Source of the DNA: Candidatus Micrarchaeota archaeon
GTDB lineage: Archaea; Micrarchaeota; Micrarchaeia; Norongarragalinales; Norongarragalinaceae
NCBI GenBank assembly: GCA_016207165.1
Contig: JACQQD010000008.1
Coordinates: 14,602 to 78,601 of the forward strand
Reading direction: 5' to 3'
DNA: 64,000 nucleotides
Shown: piece by piece, positions 46,340 through 56,004 of the stretch
Position numbering within the stretch: the stretch's first letter is position 1
Layout of the letters: every line of letters begins with the position of its first letter
Notes under the pieces: model-generated
What the model was told of the DNA's origin: nothing
Databases searched by the model: none
What the model saw: only the letters and a program-made list of their open reading frames with translations
Position numbers and translations under genes: made by a program

Positions 46340-46900
46340 TTACTTTTCAAACTCGTCGCCTTCAATTTCCTTCCTGAGGCGTTCCTGAATTTCAGCAATC
46401 TGGCCCAAATCGTTTTTTATCATTTTTCGAGCCGTGGATCCTGTTGGAGGAACGACGCCCGACATGATTCCTCGCATGTTTCTCTTAAATTGTTCTAGGG
46501 CGTCTCGCTCTTCGGCGGTTATGCCGGGTCGAATTCCAAGTTCTTGCAATACTTTCAAGCCAACGTCAATTGGGTGATCCGAATGCGTTCCAACGTATAT
46601 TCCTGCTGTTTTTGGGCCGTGGCTTCTTGCAGGAGCAATTGATCCGTTCGCAGCCGTTAATACTTTTTCAAGCGTTCGCCGATCCACGATTTTGACCCGG
46701 CCCAATCCGGTGTCAACGACAACCTCTTCCAGTTCACGCTCTCCATATACGTTGCCCCTTAATTGACGCAGAAACTCCTCATTGACTTGCATAGGAAGTC
46801 CGCCTAAACGCAACTGGTCGCTTTTCAATCCCAATTTTTTTTGGGCCCCTGGACTTTCCAACCCTGTTTCCGCAAACGCGCGCTGAAGAGTCTCTTTCAT
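46340..46900 (-). CDS. Hypothetical protein inserted between oapB and oapC
   Basis: 186-aa ORF, visibly more AT-rich than its neighbours. Confidence 0.65.
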   Translation of the reverse strand: MKETLQRAFAETGLESPGAQKKLGLKSDQLRLGGLPMQVNEEFLRQLRGNVYGERELEEVVVDTGLGRVKIVDRRTLEKVLTAANGSIAPARSHGPKTAGIYVGTHSDHPIDVGLKVLQELGIRPGITAEERDALEQFKRNMRGIMSGVVPPTGSTARKMIKNDLGQIAEIQERLRKEIEGDEFEK

Positions 46901-47009
46901 GACGTCCTTTCGTTAGAGGCCATAAAAACGGTTGCCTTGGCGGGTTTGCTTGTTGCATACACAAGGTTTTAAGCCACAATTCTCCAGCTTTTAATTGGTC
47001 CAGTATTTC

Positions 47010-47366
47010 ATGTCCCACAAGTGCGTGCGCTGTTCCAGCGTGTACCCCAACAATTCCCCGGAACTCATGCGGGGCTGCACCTGCGGGTCCCGCGTCTTTC
47101 TTTTTTTGCGCGAGGAATCCGACGAAATCCAACCCGGCCACGACCCGGAAGCCAAGGATTACGGCTGGCTGGAAGACGAGCTCTCCTTTTTAAGCAAGGA
47201 AAAACCCGTGTCCGTGGATGTGGACGCCGTCGAGAATTTGCGCATCCTGGAAAAAGGCGCCTACGAACTCAACTTGCATTCCCTGATGAAGGGCGAGCCC
47301 TTGGTCATCAAGTCCGACCAACACGTGTACTACGTCAAACTTCCGAACCCCAAGGAATCCAAGTAA
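47010..47366 (+). CDS. oapC: Zn-ribbon DUF2072 protein (OapC)
   Basis: MSHKCVRC..Y....LMRGC.CGSRVF, ENLRILEKGAYELNL. Confidence 0.88.
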   Translation: MSHKCVRCSSVYPNNSPELMRGCTCGSRVFLFLREESDEIQPGHDPEAKDYGWLEDELSFLSKEKPVSVDVDAVENLRILEKGAYELNLHSLMKGEPLVIKSDQHVYYVKLPNPKESK

Positions 47367-47374
47367 CTTGCTAT

Positions 47375-47560
47375 ATGGCCATTTTGATGTTCATCACTGG
47401 CGGCACCATCGACAAGGCCTACAAAGGCCCTCCGCACGCCGGCTACGAACAACAGAAAACCTTCATCCACGACATGCTTGTTCAGTGCCGCGTTGATTTG
47501 TTTTTTCGTACACGGTCGAGTACTACGTGCACGACCCCGCCAAGGAGTGAACGGCTTTGA
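47375..47560 (+). pseudogene. N-terminal fragment of an asparaginase-family gene
   Basis: ILMFITGGTIDKAY catalytic-Thr motif, then stop after 61 aa; no HGTDT motif follows. Confidence 0.65.
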
Positions 47561-49065
47561 AGTGGCTGAAAGTCGAGGAAATCAAGCCCTTTCCCCTGAG
47601 TCCCTGCGACCAAATCTATGCGCACGCCGCCTTGGTCGTCAAGGAACTCTTGGGCAAACCCATTCCCGGTTTTGCTTTCCATTACCAGGACTACGGCATC
47701 GAGTTTCTCATCGCCGACGAAGACCGCATGGACCTTGGAAGTCGCATCCTGGACCGCATCGCCGATAAACGTTTCACCGACCGCGTCGTTTTCGAAGGCT
47801 TGGCGGCCTGTGAACAACTTCTGGAATTGGCCGAACCGTTTTCCAAGTCGAACGAGTATTCCAACAATCAACTCGCCGACCGTTTTGAAAGATACCTTGG
47901 GCTCTTGGGCAAATCCATGGGCTACGGCTACCTTGGAAACCTCTTGGACTACGCCTCCGACGAGGTCGACAACGTCCTAGTCGAAAAACTGGAGAAAAAC
48001 GTGTTCTCCAAGGTGTCCGACCGGCGGCAGGCCATCGACGTCCTGTTGGCCTTGACTACGCCGGATGAAGTCACGTACCCCAACTTGGAGCACCGGGAGT
48101 TTTTGAAACTCGCGGCCGACGTTTCATCCAACCCCGCCGCCCAAAAAACGCTCCTGAAGGAAAAGCCGGAAACCCTGTCCGCCGTCTTCCAGGAAAAATT
48201 CCCGGACTTGGCCTCTGAAATTGACGCTCACCAACGAAAATGGGTGTGGCTGTCGTTTCTGTTCGTGGGCCCGGCCAAGTGGACGCATTCCTACTTTTAC
48301 GGTTTGCTTTCCACCATGGCGAAAAGCGGTGAAGACCCATCCGCCGAACTGGCACGCCTGGAAAGCCAGCCGAATCAAATCAAGGCTGCCCGGAAAAAAG
48401 CGGGAAACATGGTGCCCGACGACGCGTACTTTTACGCGGCGCGCACGCTTTCGTACCTGAAAGCCATGCGCAAAGACGCGCAAGTGCATTCCTACTATTA
48501 CCTGGATGGCTTCTACAAGCACGTCGCCAAGGTTTTCGGGTTGTCGCCGACCCAGGCGCGTTTCCACACCAGTGAAGAACTTCTGGACGTTCTCCGCGGC
48601 GGCGCCCAACCGGATGCCGCGAAAGCCAACGCGCGCTTCAAGCAATGTTTTTTCTCTACGTATCACGGAACCGTTCAAGTCGTTGACGGTAAAGACGCGG
48701 CCGACTTAGCCCAGGACGTGCGGCGGCCGGTTGCGGTTGAAGCCGACGAAGTCAAAGGCAGTTGCGCGTGCCCCGGACAGGCCGTGGGCATCGTCAAAAT
48801 CGTCAACACCGTCGAGGAGGCATCCAAAGTCAATTCCGGCGACGTGCTGGTATCGTACGCCACCAACCCGGAGCTGGTGTCCGCCATGCGAAAAGCGGGA
48901 GCCATCGTTACCGACATGGGGGGACTCACGTGCCACGCCGCCATCGTCGCCCGCGAACTGGACAAGCCGTGCGTGATCGGCACCAAGCACGCGACGCGGG
49001 TCTTTCGGGACGGTGACCGCGTGGCTGTGGATGCCGATTCAGGCATCGTGCGAAAGTTGGATTGA
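47557..49065 (+). CDS. PEP-utilizing-enzyme phospho-His (mobile) domain protein
   Basis: C-terminal TDMGGLTCHAAIVARELDKPCVIG; large helical N-terminus; no ATP-grasp seen. Confidence 0.88.
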   Translation: MKWLKVEEIKPFPLSPCDQIYAHAALVVKELLGKPIPGFAFHYQDYGIEFLIADEDRMDLGSRILDRIADKRFTDRVVFEGLAACEQLLELAEPFSKSNEYSNNQLADRFERYLGLLGKSMGYGYLGNLLDYASDEVDNVLVEKLEKNVFSKVSDRRQAIDVLLALTTPDEVTYPNLEHREFLKLAADVSSNPAAQKTLLKEKPETLSAVFQEKFPDLASEIDAHQRKWVWLSFLFVGPAKWTHSYFYGLLSTMAKSGEDPSAELARLESQPNQIKAARKKAGNMVPDDAYFYAARTLSYLKAMRKDAQVHSYYYLDGFYKHVAKVFGLSPTQARFHTSEELLDVLRGGAQPDAAKANARFKQCFFSTYHGTVQVVDGKDAADLAQDVRRPVAVEADEVKGSCACPGQAVGIVKIVNTVEEASKVNSGDVLVSYATNPELVSAMRKAGAIVTDMGGLTCHAAIVARELDKPCVIGTKHATRVFRDGDRVAVDADSGIVRKLD

Positions 49066-49074
49066 ATTTCCGGG

Positions 49075-49491
49075 TTACTCTTCGGGAACGTGTTCTTTTT
49101 CCCACCATTTCTGTACTTCTTTCAAGGTTTGGTTGGCAGGGTGTTCTTCTTGAAGGGCGACGAGGCGGTAGTTGCCGTTTCCGTCGTGCTGGATGGTGAC
49201 TCCGGTTAAATCTGTTTTCAAGCCGTTGTGTCCGTTGGAGGCCAGCAAAACATTCCGTATGTTCTCTTCTTTTCCCGGCGTTCCTTTCAAGTGAAAAACC
49301 ACTTTTCGAATCCTTCCAACGCGGACCCCCTTTTCAGGGTCAAGAGCGCCCTTTGCTTTCGAGAAGTAGTCTTTGGCTGACGCTCCCACTTCTCCAACGG
49401 TTCTCCAGCGACCCCCACGGATTGGATTGGATGGCGTGAAACCGCCGTGGCCCATCAATGCCTTCAACGTGGTTCGGATGTGTTCAGACAT
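49075..49491 (-). CDS. Hypothetical protein
   Basis: 138-aa orphan-like ORF. Confidence 0.6.
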   Translation of the reverse strand: MSEHIRTTLKALMGHGGFTPSNPIRGGRWRTVGEVGASAKDYFSKAKGALDPEKGVRVGRIRKVVFHLKGTPGKEENIRNVLLASNGHNGLKTDLTGVTIQHDGNGNYRLVALQEEHPANQTLKEVQKWWEKEHVPEE

Positions 49492-49700
49492 GCCGTTTCC
49501 CTCTTGTTCTTACTTCTTTCTGCGGGAGCTTTAACCCTTTTGCTTTTGTTGTTCCAAACGTTTTTTAACCCGGATTCCAATGTATAAAAGAAAGCAAATT
49601 GAGCGAAGCGAAGGAGGGTTGCCGTCCGACGCGACCAATTGCTCAAGCTCTTTTTTTTCCAGTCCGCTGGTTTTTTCCGAGGCTTAGGAGGAAGTGGACC

Positions 49701-50783
49701 ATGAACAAGTTCCAGGAAAAAATCGACAACGCCAAGGAAGCGCTCACGTACGACGACGTTTTGATTCGACCTGGCTATTCGGCCGTCTCGATTTCCGACG
49801 TTTCCACAAAAACGCGCATCACTCAGAACATCGAAATTGACTTGCCTATCGTCTCCTCTCCCATGGACACGGTCACGGAAAGCCAACTTGCTATAGCCAT
49901 GGCCAAGCGCGGCGGGGTTGGCGTGATCCACTACAACATCAGCGTGCCGGATCAAGTCGCCCACGTGAAAAAAGTCAAGTCGGAAGACTGGTTGGTGGGC
50001 GCGGCGGTGGGCCCGCAAGACGACGAGCGCGTCAAAAAGTTGTTGGACGCGGAAGCGGATTTTTTGGTTATTGACACGGCGCACGGCTACCGAAAGTCGG
50101 TGTTGGATGCCGTCAAGCGCTACAAGAAAGAAGGCGCCCAAGTGGTCGCCGGCAACATCGTTTCCAAAACCGCCGCCGAGGGACTCGTTGCCGCTGGCGC
50201 GGACGGCTTGCGAGTGGGAGTCGGACCAGGATCTATATGCACCACAAGAGTAGTAACCGGCATTGGGGTTCCGCAACTCACAGCGGTCTCGGAAGTCGCC
50301 GACTACGCGGCATCCTATAACATCCCCGTGATTGCCGACGGCGGCATCAAGTACTCCGGTGATTTGGCCAAAGCGTTGGCCGCTGGCGCAAACGTGGGGA
50401 TGTTGGGCAACGTCTTGGCAGGCACCGACGAAGCACCCGGTGAACTCATTGAACAGGAAGGCGTCAAGTACAAGAAGTACCGCGGCATGGGGTCTGTTGA
50501 ATCCCTGAAAGCGAATTGGGCGAACCGATACGACGCGTTCAAGAAAAGCCTGGTTCCGGAAGGCGTTTCAGGTTTGACCAAGTACCGCGGCTCCGTGGAA
50601 CAAGTCCTCACCCAGTTTGAAGGCGGGTTGAAGAAGGCCATGGTGTACGTGGGCGCGAAAAACTTGGAGGAATTCAAGGAGAAAGCAGTGTTCGTGCGCA
50701 TCACGTCATCGGGGTTCTTGGAAAGCCACCCGCACTCGTTGCTGGGCATCGAGGACACCAGCAATTACGAGGGCAAGAAATGA
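49701..50783 (+). CDS. guaB: IMP dehydrogenase (no CBS domains)
   Basis: [43 protein letters not shown]. Confidence 0.96.
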   Translation: MNKFQEKIDNAKEALTYDDVLIRPGYSAVSISDVSTKTRITQNIEIDLPIVSSPMDTVTESQLAIAMAKRGGVGVIHYNISVPDQVAHVKKVKSEDWLVGAAVGPQDDERVKKLLDAEADFLVIDTAHGYRKSVLDAVKRYKKEGAQVVAGNIVSKTAAEGLVAAGADGLRVGVGPGSICTTRVVTGIGVPQLTAVSEVADYAASYNIPVIADGGIKYSGDLAKALAAGANVGMLGNVLAGTDEAPGELIEQEGVKYKKYRGMGSVESLKANWANRYDAFKKSLVPEGVSGLTKYRGSVEQVLTQFEGGLKKAMVYVGAKNLEEFKEKAVFVRITSSGFLESHPHSLLGIEDTSNYEGKK

Positions 50784-52276
50784 TTGCCGTCCTGGATTTC
50801 GGGGGCCAGTACACGCACTTGATTGCCCGGCGTTTCCGGGATCTGCGCGTGGCCGTCCGCATTTTTCCCCACGCGGTTTCGCCCTCGGATCTAACGGACG
50901 CCTCCGGCATCGTTTTTTCGGGCGGGCCGTCCAGCGTCTACGCTCAAAACGCGCCCCTTCCGGACCCGAAGATTTTTGACTTGGGAAAACCGATTCTGGG
51001 GTTGTGCTTCGGCCATCAATTCATGGCCAAGCATTTCGGCGGCGACGTGAAGCGTTCTTCCCGCGAGTACGGCGCGCGCACCATTGACGTGGTGAAAAAA
51101 CAAGGCGTGCTCAAAGGCCTCAACCGTCGGGAAACCGTGTGGTTCTCGCACGGCGACACCGTGTTGAGCGTACCGCAAGGCTTCGAGGTCCTCGCCCAAA
51201 GCGGGGACGCCATCGCCGCTTATCAAAAGGGTAACTGGTTCGGCTTGCAGTTCCACCCGGAAGTCCACCACACGCCCTGCGGGCAAAAAGTGCTGGAAAA
51301 CTTCGCTTTTGCCGTGTGCGGCGAGAAAAAGTTGACGTCTACGTTCTCCGTGGAACTGTTGCAGCAAGACGCCAAGGCCCGCGTCGGCGAGAAAAACGTC
51401 GTCATGGGCGTGTCCGGCGGCGTGGACTCCACCGTCGCCGCGTTTCTACTCAAAAAGCCGTTGGGCAAGAAGCTGTACCCGATTTTCGTGGACACGGGTT
51501 TGATGCGGAACGGCGAAGTCGCCGAAATCAAGGCGTTTTTCAAGGATTTCCCGAATTTCGTGGCCGTGGATGCCTCCCAACGATTTCTCTCGCAACTCGA
51601 AGGCGTCTCGGACCCAGAACAAAAAAGAAAAATCATCGGCCACTTGTTCGTGGACGTGTTCGAGCAAGCCGCCCAAAAGGTTGCGGACGTCGGGTTTCTC
51701 GCTCAAGGGACGATTTTTTCGGACCGCGTGGAATCCGCGGCCACCAGTTCCGTTTCCTCGAAAATCAAGTCCCACCACAACCTCACTTTGCCGGAAAAAA
51801 TGAAGTGGACTGTCTTGGAGCCGTTGGCGGAACTCTACAAGGACGAAGTGCGGGCTTTGGGCGCAACGCTGGGTGTTCCGGCGGAAATCATCGGCCGCCA
51901 CCCGTTTCCGGGCCCGGGTTTGGCCATTAACATCGTCGGCGAAGTCACGCCGGAAAAACTGGGCATCGTCCGCCAGGCCGACTTCATTTTCATCGAGGAA
52001 CTCAAGAAATCGGGTTGGTACGACAAGGTGTTTGAAGCGTTTGCCGCGGTTCTGCCTTGCAAGACGGTGGGTGTCAAAGGCGACGAGCGCTCCTATGAAT
52101 ACCCCGTGGTTCTGCGTTGCGTCCACTCCAGAGACGTCATGACGGCCGACTGGGTCAAGTTGCCCCACGACCTTCTCCAGACCGTCTCCAGCCGCATTCT
52201 CAATGAAGTGGAAGGCGTGAACCGTGTGTTCTACGATGTTTCGCAAAAGCCGCCTTCGACCATTCGATACGAATGA
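50780..52276 (+). CDS. guaA: GMP synthase (fused glutaminase and synthetase)
   Basis: LDFGGQY, GLCFGHQ, QFHPEV, SGGVDS, KSHHN, RHPFPGPG, KPPSTI. Confidence 0.97.
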   Translation: MIAVLDFGGQYTHLIARRFRDLRVAVRIFPHAVSPSDLTDASGIVFSGGPSSVYAQNAPLPDPKIFDLGKPILGLCFGHQFMAKHFGGDVKRSSREYGARTIDVVKKQGVLKGLNRRETVWFSHGDTVLSVPQGFEVLAQSGDAIAAYQKGNWFGLQFHPEVHHTPCGQKVLENFAFAVCGEKKLTSTFSVELLQQDAKARVGEKNVVMGVSGGVDSTVAAFLLKKPLGKKLYPIFVDTGLMRNGEVAEIKAFFKDFPNFVAVDASQRFLSQLEGVSDPEQKRKIIGHLFVDVFEQAAQKVADVGFLAQGTIFSDRVESAATSSVSSKIKSHHNLTLPEKMKWTVLEPLAELYKDEVRALGATLGVPAEIIGRHPFPGPGLAINIVGEVTPEKLGIVRQADFIFIEELKKSGWYDKVFEAFAAVLPCKTVGVKGDERSYEYPVVLRCVHSRDVMTADWVKLPHDLLQTVSSRILNEVEGVNRVFYDVSQKPPSTIRYE

Positions 52277-52320
52277 TTTATATATCATTTGATGCATTTT
52301 TGATGCATTGGTGATGCATT
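52272..52320 (+). promoter_or_regulatory. TA promoter with three tandem TGATGCATT boxes (candidate operator)
   Basis: TATA-like TTTATATA inside AATGAT..ATCATT palindrome; TGATGCATT at 52290, 52301 and 52312 (11-bp period). Confidence 0.65.
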
Positions 52321-52568
52321 TGCGTACGACGGTGGCGTTGGAAGGCGCCGTGGAATTGATTCTGGAAAAAGCCGTCAAGCTGGGCTTGGCGCGATCCAAG
52401 ACGGACGCCTTGCGGATGGGCGTTTTTGCCTTGAACAAGGAATACCATCTGGTCAAAGACTTGGAGTTGGAAATGGTTGGACGCAAAATTGAGGCTCAAA
52501 AAGCGGAAATGAAGCGCAAAGGCCGCCGGTATCTTTCCGAAGAAGAAGCGTTGGGAAAATACCGGTGA
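52314..52568 (+). CDS. Putative antitoxin (ribbon-helix-helix-like)
   Basis: RTTVAL strand, GLARSKTDALR helix, YLSEEEAL tail; upstream of toxin. Confidence 0.75.
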   Translation: MHLRTTVALEGAVELILEKAVKLGLARSKTDALRMGVFALNKEYHLVKDLELEMVGRKIEAQKAEMKRKGRRYLSEEEALGKYR

Positions 52569-52574
52569 TTTTTC

Positions 52575-52844
52575 TTGGATTTGTCGGAATGGCGCATCGA
52601 GTTTGAGCCGAATTGGGATCACCATTTCAGGAAATTCGATCGGAACACGCAACTTAAAATCATCAAGAAAATCGATCACATGAAGCAACCCCTCGTGGGC
52701 CGCGGACTTCATGGTTCTCCGTACATGGTTGAGGAAGTCGGCCAATACCGGATTGCCTTTGAACAAGACGAAAAAACGCGTACCAAAACCGTTCACTTTG
52801 TTGGCAATCACAAGCAATACGAGGCGTGGTATCGTTCGTTGTAA
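52575..52844 (+). CDS. RelE/ParE-family toxin
   Basis: WRIEF...FRKFD..TQ.KI.KKI, VGQYRIAF, FVGNHKQY. Confidence 0.8.
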   Translation: MDLSEWRIEFEPNWDHHFRKFDRNTQLKIIKKIDHMKQPLVGRGLHGSPYMVEEVGQYRIAFEQDEKTRTKTVHFVGNHKQYEAWYRSL

Positions 52845-52860
52845 GCGGATTTTGGGCGTT

Positions 52861-53328
52861 CTATTTAAGGTAGCCTTGGATGCGGGCTTTGCCGTTGGAC
52901 TTCTGGATTTTCAAGTCAAACGCTTGGTTCAGCGTGCGTTCGCCGAATCCTCTGGCGCGGATGAGGTCGTCTTCCGCGAAACGCCCTTTTCCAAGAAACG
53001 ACAATGCGCCGTACAATTTGGCGAAAAACGTGTTTTTCTCCACTTGCGCCCCCCTTTTTTTGAGTAGGGCCGTTCCATCGTCTCCGGACGCGTTCTTGAT
53101 GCCAAACACCGACACTTTTTTTCCGGTCCACTCGCGTTTTTCGACGTAGTCGTTTAGCGAAAACGTTTTTCCTTGCTTGCCGCCCAAAAAAACGAAGTCA
53201 ACGCCTTGAGGGTCCGGGTTTTTGGAAACGGATTGAAGCACGGCTTGGTGCCCGATTTCCTTGACGCCTTCGGCCACGGCTTCCGCCAGTTTTTGCACGG
53301 CGTCGTCAAAAACGATCAAGACGTTCAT
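52861..53328 (-). CDS. Flavodoxin-like protein
   Basis: KLAEAVAEGV, DFVFLG, GKKVSVFG, ARGFGE. Confidence 0.7.
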   Translation of the reverse strand: MNVLIVFDDAVQKLAEAVAEGVKEIGHQAVLQSVSKNPDPQGVDFVFLGGKQGKTFSLNDYVEKREWTGKKVSVFGIKNASGDDGTALLKKRGAQVEKNTFFAKLYGALSFLGKGRFAEDDLIRARGFGERTLNQAFDLKIQKSNGKARIQGYLK

Positions 53329-53420
53329 GGAGACAACTCAACGGCGTTCAAGCATAAATGCTTTGCAGTAAGCCCAGGCCTATTCGTCGTGAAATTTACG
53401 GGTCTTACGCTGTCCGTGGT

Positions 53421-54209
53421 TCAGAAATACGCGGAAAGCGGGGCGGCATTGATTTTCCTTCCCACCGCGTCCGGCAACCCGAACACGCGGCGCTCCCCGT
53501 TCTGCTGCAAAAACAAGACGGGTCCCTTCCACCCCGTCACCGTGCCTTGAAGCGTGGGCGTGGGCCGCGCGTCCAACGAATCGGGGTAATGGCGTTGAAG
53601 GCTTTGCACGGGCTTTTCCACGGAATTCTCCGGAAACGCGTCGCGCACGCGCCGGATGTGGGGTTGCTCCAACTCGTCTTTCAGAAGCGTCCCATCGGGC
53701 TTGGGTAGTTTCATCTTGTCTCCCAGCACGATGCGGGCCGCCAAACCGGTTCGAAACAAGGCGGATTCAATGACGCGCGCTTTCTGCCCGTTCAACCCCG
53801 AAAACGCTTCCAAGGCAAAGTCGGCGCCTTGCTCGACCCACCGCTTTTCCAGTCGGCTCGTCTTGGAGATGCCGGCTTTCACGGTTTGCCCAAACGACGC
53901 CAAATACACGGAGTACTCTTTTCCAAAACAATCGTCCTTGAGTTGGGAATTAAACTGGAGGCACGTAGCCCCGTCGCACCGCAAACAGACCAGGAAATCG
54001 TCTTCTTTGGCGCATGACGAGCACTGCTTGCGCCCAATACGCGTTTCAGGACAAACATGGCGTTGCCCGCTTCGGGAGTATCCCAGGCAATGCACTTCGG
54101 GATGCAGAGCCAAGTCGACGGCGGAGCCTTTTTCCAATAGCTGGGTTTTTTCGCCGATGTGCAGCTGCGGCACCCATTCGTCGGAATACGAAACGCGTTC
54201 GATGAGCAT
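53421..54209 (-). CDS. DUF2797-type Cys-rich protein
   Basis: CLGY..CP..QCSSC, CLRCDG..C, VYLASFG..KAGIS...RWVEQGA. Confidence 0.8.
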   Translation of the reverse strand: MLIERVSYSDEWVPQLHIGEKTQLLEKGSAVDLALHPEVHCLGYSRSGQRHVCPETRIGRKQCSSCAKEDDFLVCLRCDGATCLQFNSQLKDDCFGKEYSVYLASFGQTVKAGISKTSRLEKRWVEQGADFALEAFSGLNGQKARVIESALFRTGLAARIVLGDKMKLPKPDGTLLKDELEQPHIRRVRDAFPENSVEKPVQSLQRHYPDSLDARPTPTLQGTVTGWKGPVLFLQQNGERRVFGLPDAVGRKINAAPLSAYF

Positions 54210-54287
54210 GTACGGTTTTTCTTTTGTGGTCAAGCCGTTTTTAACGTGGGGGCGGCCTGGCCGGTGAAGAGGCCTTAAAAAGTCGGC

Positions 54288-55811
54288 ATGCGCTTTTTCA
54301 GTCATATGCGAAAACCTCTTGCCTCGCGCGTGCTGGACCGAATGCATGGCGTTGATTCCGCCGTCCGAGAGGATCCTCGTGTCAAGCCGTTCATCAAGAA
54401 TGCCATTCGGCTGGCTTCGGATCGCGTCAGGGACCCCCGGGGAATTCTGCGTGATTTGGTGCGAAATCGCGATCTCGTGGAACGACTTTCCTCGGCGGTT
54501 TCAAATAAAAAAGCCATTCGCGGCATGCTCCACACACTGCTGGTCCGCCATCCTGAATCGGCTGTGGACGCGTACTCGGCGGTGCTTGAACATGATTTCC
54601 GAAGGACGCATCATGTGTCACTTTCTGAAGCGGAGTCCTCCAGGGAGGAAAAGCTCGCGTCCGCGGCGGCGCTTACGCGTGAGCGGTTGTCTCTAGTTCG
54701 AACGCAGCTAGTTGATGCGGTCAAAGGGTACACGCATGCTTTTTCAGGAGGGGGCATTGCGCCGACCCCGTATGCGCTGATTGAAGAAACAAGGCCCGAA
54801 CTCCATCTTCTCCCCGGAAAAGGCGGCTTCGCCTATGAGGATAAGCTCAACGTGAAGGAACTTTGCGAAGCCGCCAACCGCCAGGGCGTTGACCCCAACG
54901 TCTTGTTGGATCACTTCAGCGAAATACCGCCTCGAATGTTGCTGGAATTGGACATGGATCCAGCTGGGCGAGTGCATCCCGCGTTGGACGTGTTGCTGTT
55001 TCGGGAACCCGATCCCGTCTTTCCTGGTTTTCTTCCGTATGCGCATCGCATCCTCGAAACCGCACGCCGGGAAAATCCAGGACTTCTCAAAGAGTTCGGG
55101 GTAACGGATACCCGAAAAAAAGCGGAGGAGATCGCGGAGAAGGCCGAGCGAGCCACTCTGAATTACTACAAGCGCCATGAACTCCCGGTTGACCGCGCGA
55201 AAGGAGGGGAGGCCATCGCACCCCCTTTGTTTCGTCGACTTTCGTTCTGGTGGAATGGGCTGCCGATGAATTTTGCATCCAATTCCTTTGTCAACAATTT
55301 TTTTCGCATTCTCAAGGAAAAGCATCAACGGCCCCTTTTGTCAGATCGCCAAAACATTTTGATGGAGCTAAAGCCACGTCCTCGTGGTCTTTTTCCATTT
55401 TTTGGCTTCACGGACTTGCGATCGTTTGGCCGCGTGATTTCAAGGGAGAACCTGGAATTGCCTTTGGACCCTGAAGTAGACCGCGAACCCGAGGACCGTT
55501 ATGGTACGTTTTTTGATCGCGTTACGCCGGATGCGTACGGCTTGGACGTGCATTACCTGATGTTATCCGACCCATCCGTTGTCAAGCGGGCACATCGTGC
55601 GCTTTACACGGTGTATATGCGACGAAGATGGGATTACCACGTAGAGGGTCTTGTTGACCGTTTTACCACAGGCCGTTATCAGCTCCAGAAAAAACGGGAT
55701 TTAGAAATCGATGCGGCATGCGACGAAGCAGATCAAAACATCGACTGGTACCGGGAACACTTTCTGGAAGCCCGCCGCATCCGCCTGTCCAAATCCGGCC
55801 GGAACAGCTAG
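54288..55811 (+). CDS. Hypothetical Arg-rich soluble protein
   Basis: 507-aa ORF with atypical codon usage and no recognisable motif. Confidence 0.7.
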   Translation: MRFFSHMRKPLASRVLDRMHGVDSAVREDPRVKPFIKNAIRLASDRVRDPRGILRDLVRNRDLVERLSSAVSNKKAIRGMLHTLLVRHPESAVDAYSAVLEHDFRRTHHVSLSEAESSREEKLASAAALTRERLSLVRTQLVDAVKGYTHAFSGGGIAPTPYALIEETRPELHLLPGKGGFAYEDKLNVKELCEAANRQGVDPNVLLDHFSEIPPRMLLELDMDPAGRVHPALDVLLFREPDPVFPGFLPYAHRILETARRENPGLLKEFGVTDTRKKAEEIAEKAERATLNYYKRHELPVDRAKGGEAIAPPLFRRLSFWWNGLPMNFASNSFVNNFFRILKEKHQRPLLSDRQNILMELKPRPRGLFPFFGFTDLRSFGRVISRENLELPLDPEVDREPEDRYGTFFDRVTPDAYGLDVHYLMLSDPSVVKRAHRALYTVYMRRRWDYHVEGLVDRFTTGRYQLQKKRDLEIDAACDEADQNIDWYREHFLEARRIRLSKSGRNS

Positions 55812-55978
55812 CCAATCAAGTACCCGCCGTCCACCACGAGCACGTGGCCGGTGACGGCGTCGTTCTGGCAGAGAAGCAAGACGCCGTTCGCGCCTTTTTC
55901 GCCAAACGCCAAGGCGGTGGCGGAACCGATGCCGGAACTGGAGCCCGTAACCAAGACCATTTTGTCTTTGACGTCCAT
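55808..55978 (-). pseudogene. Short-chain dehydrogenase remnant with internal deletion
   Basis: MDVKDKMVLVTGSSSGIGSATALAFGEKGA fused directly to VLLLCQNDAVTGHVLVVDGGY (56 aa). Confidence 0.8.
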
Positions 55979-56004
55979 GGATGGACGTGTTGGCGGCGTG
56001 GGGG

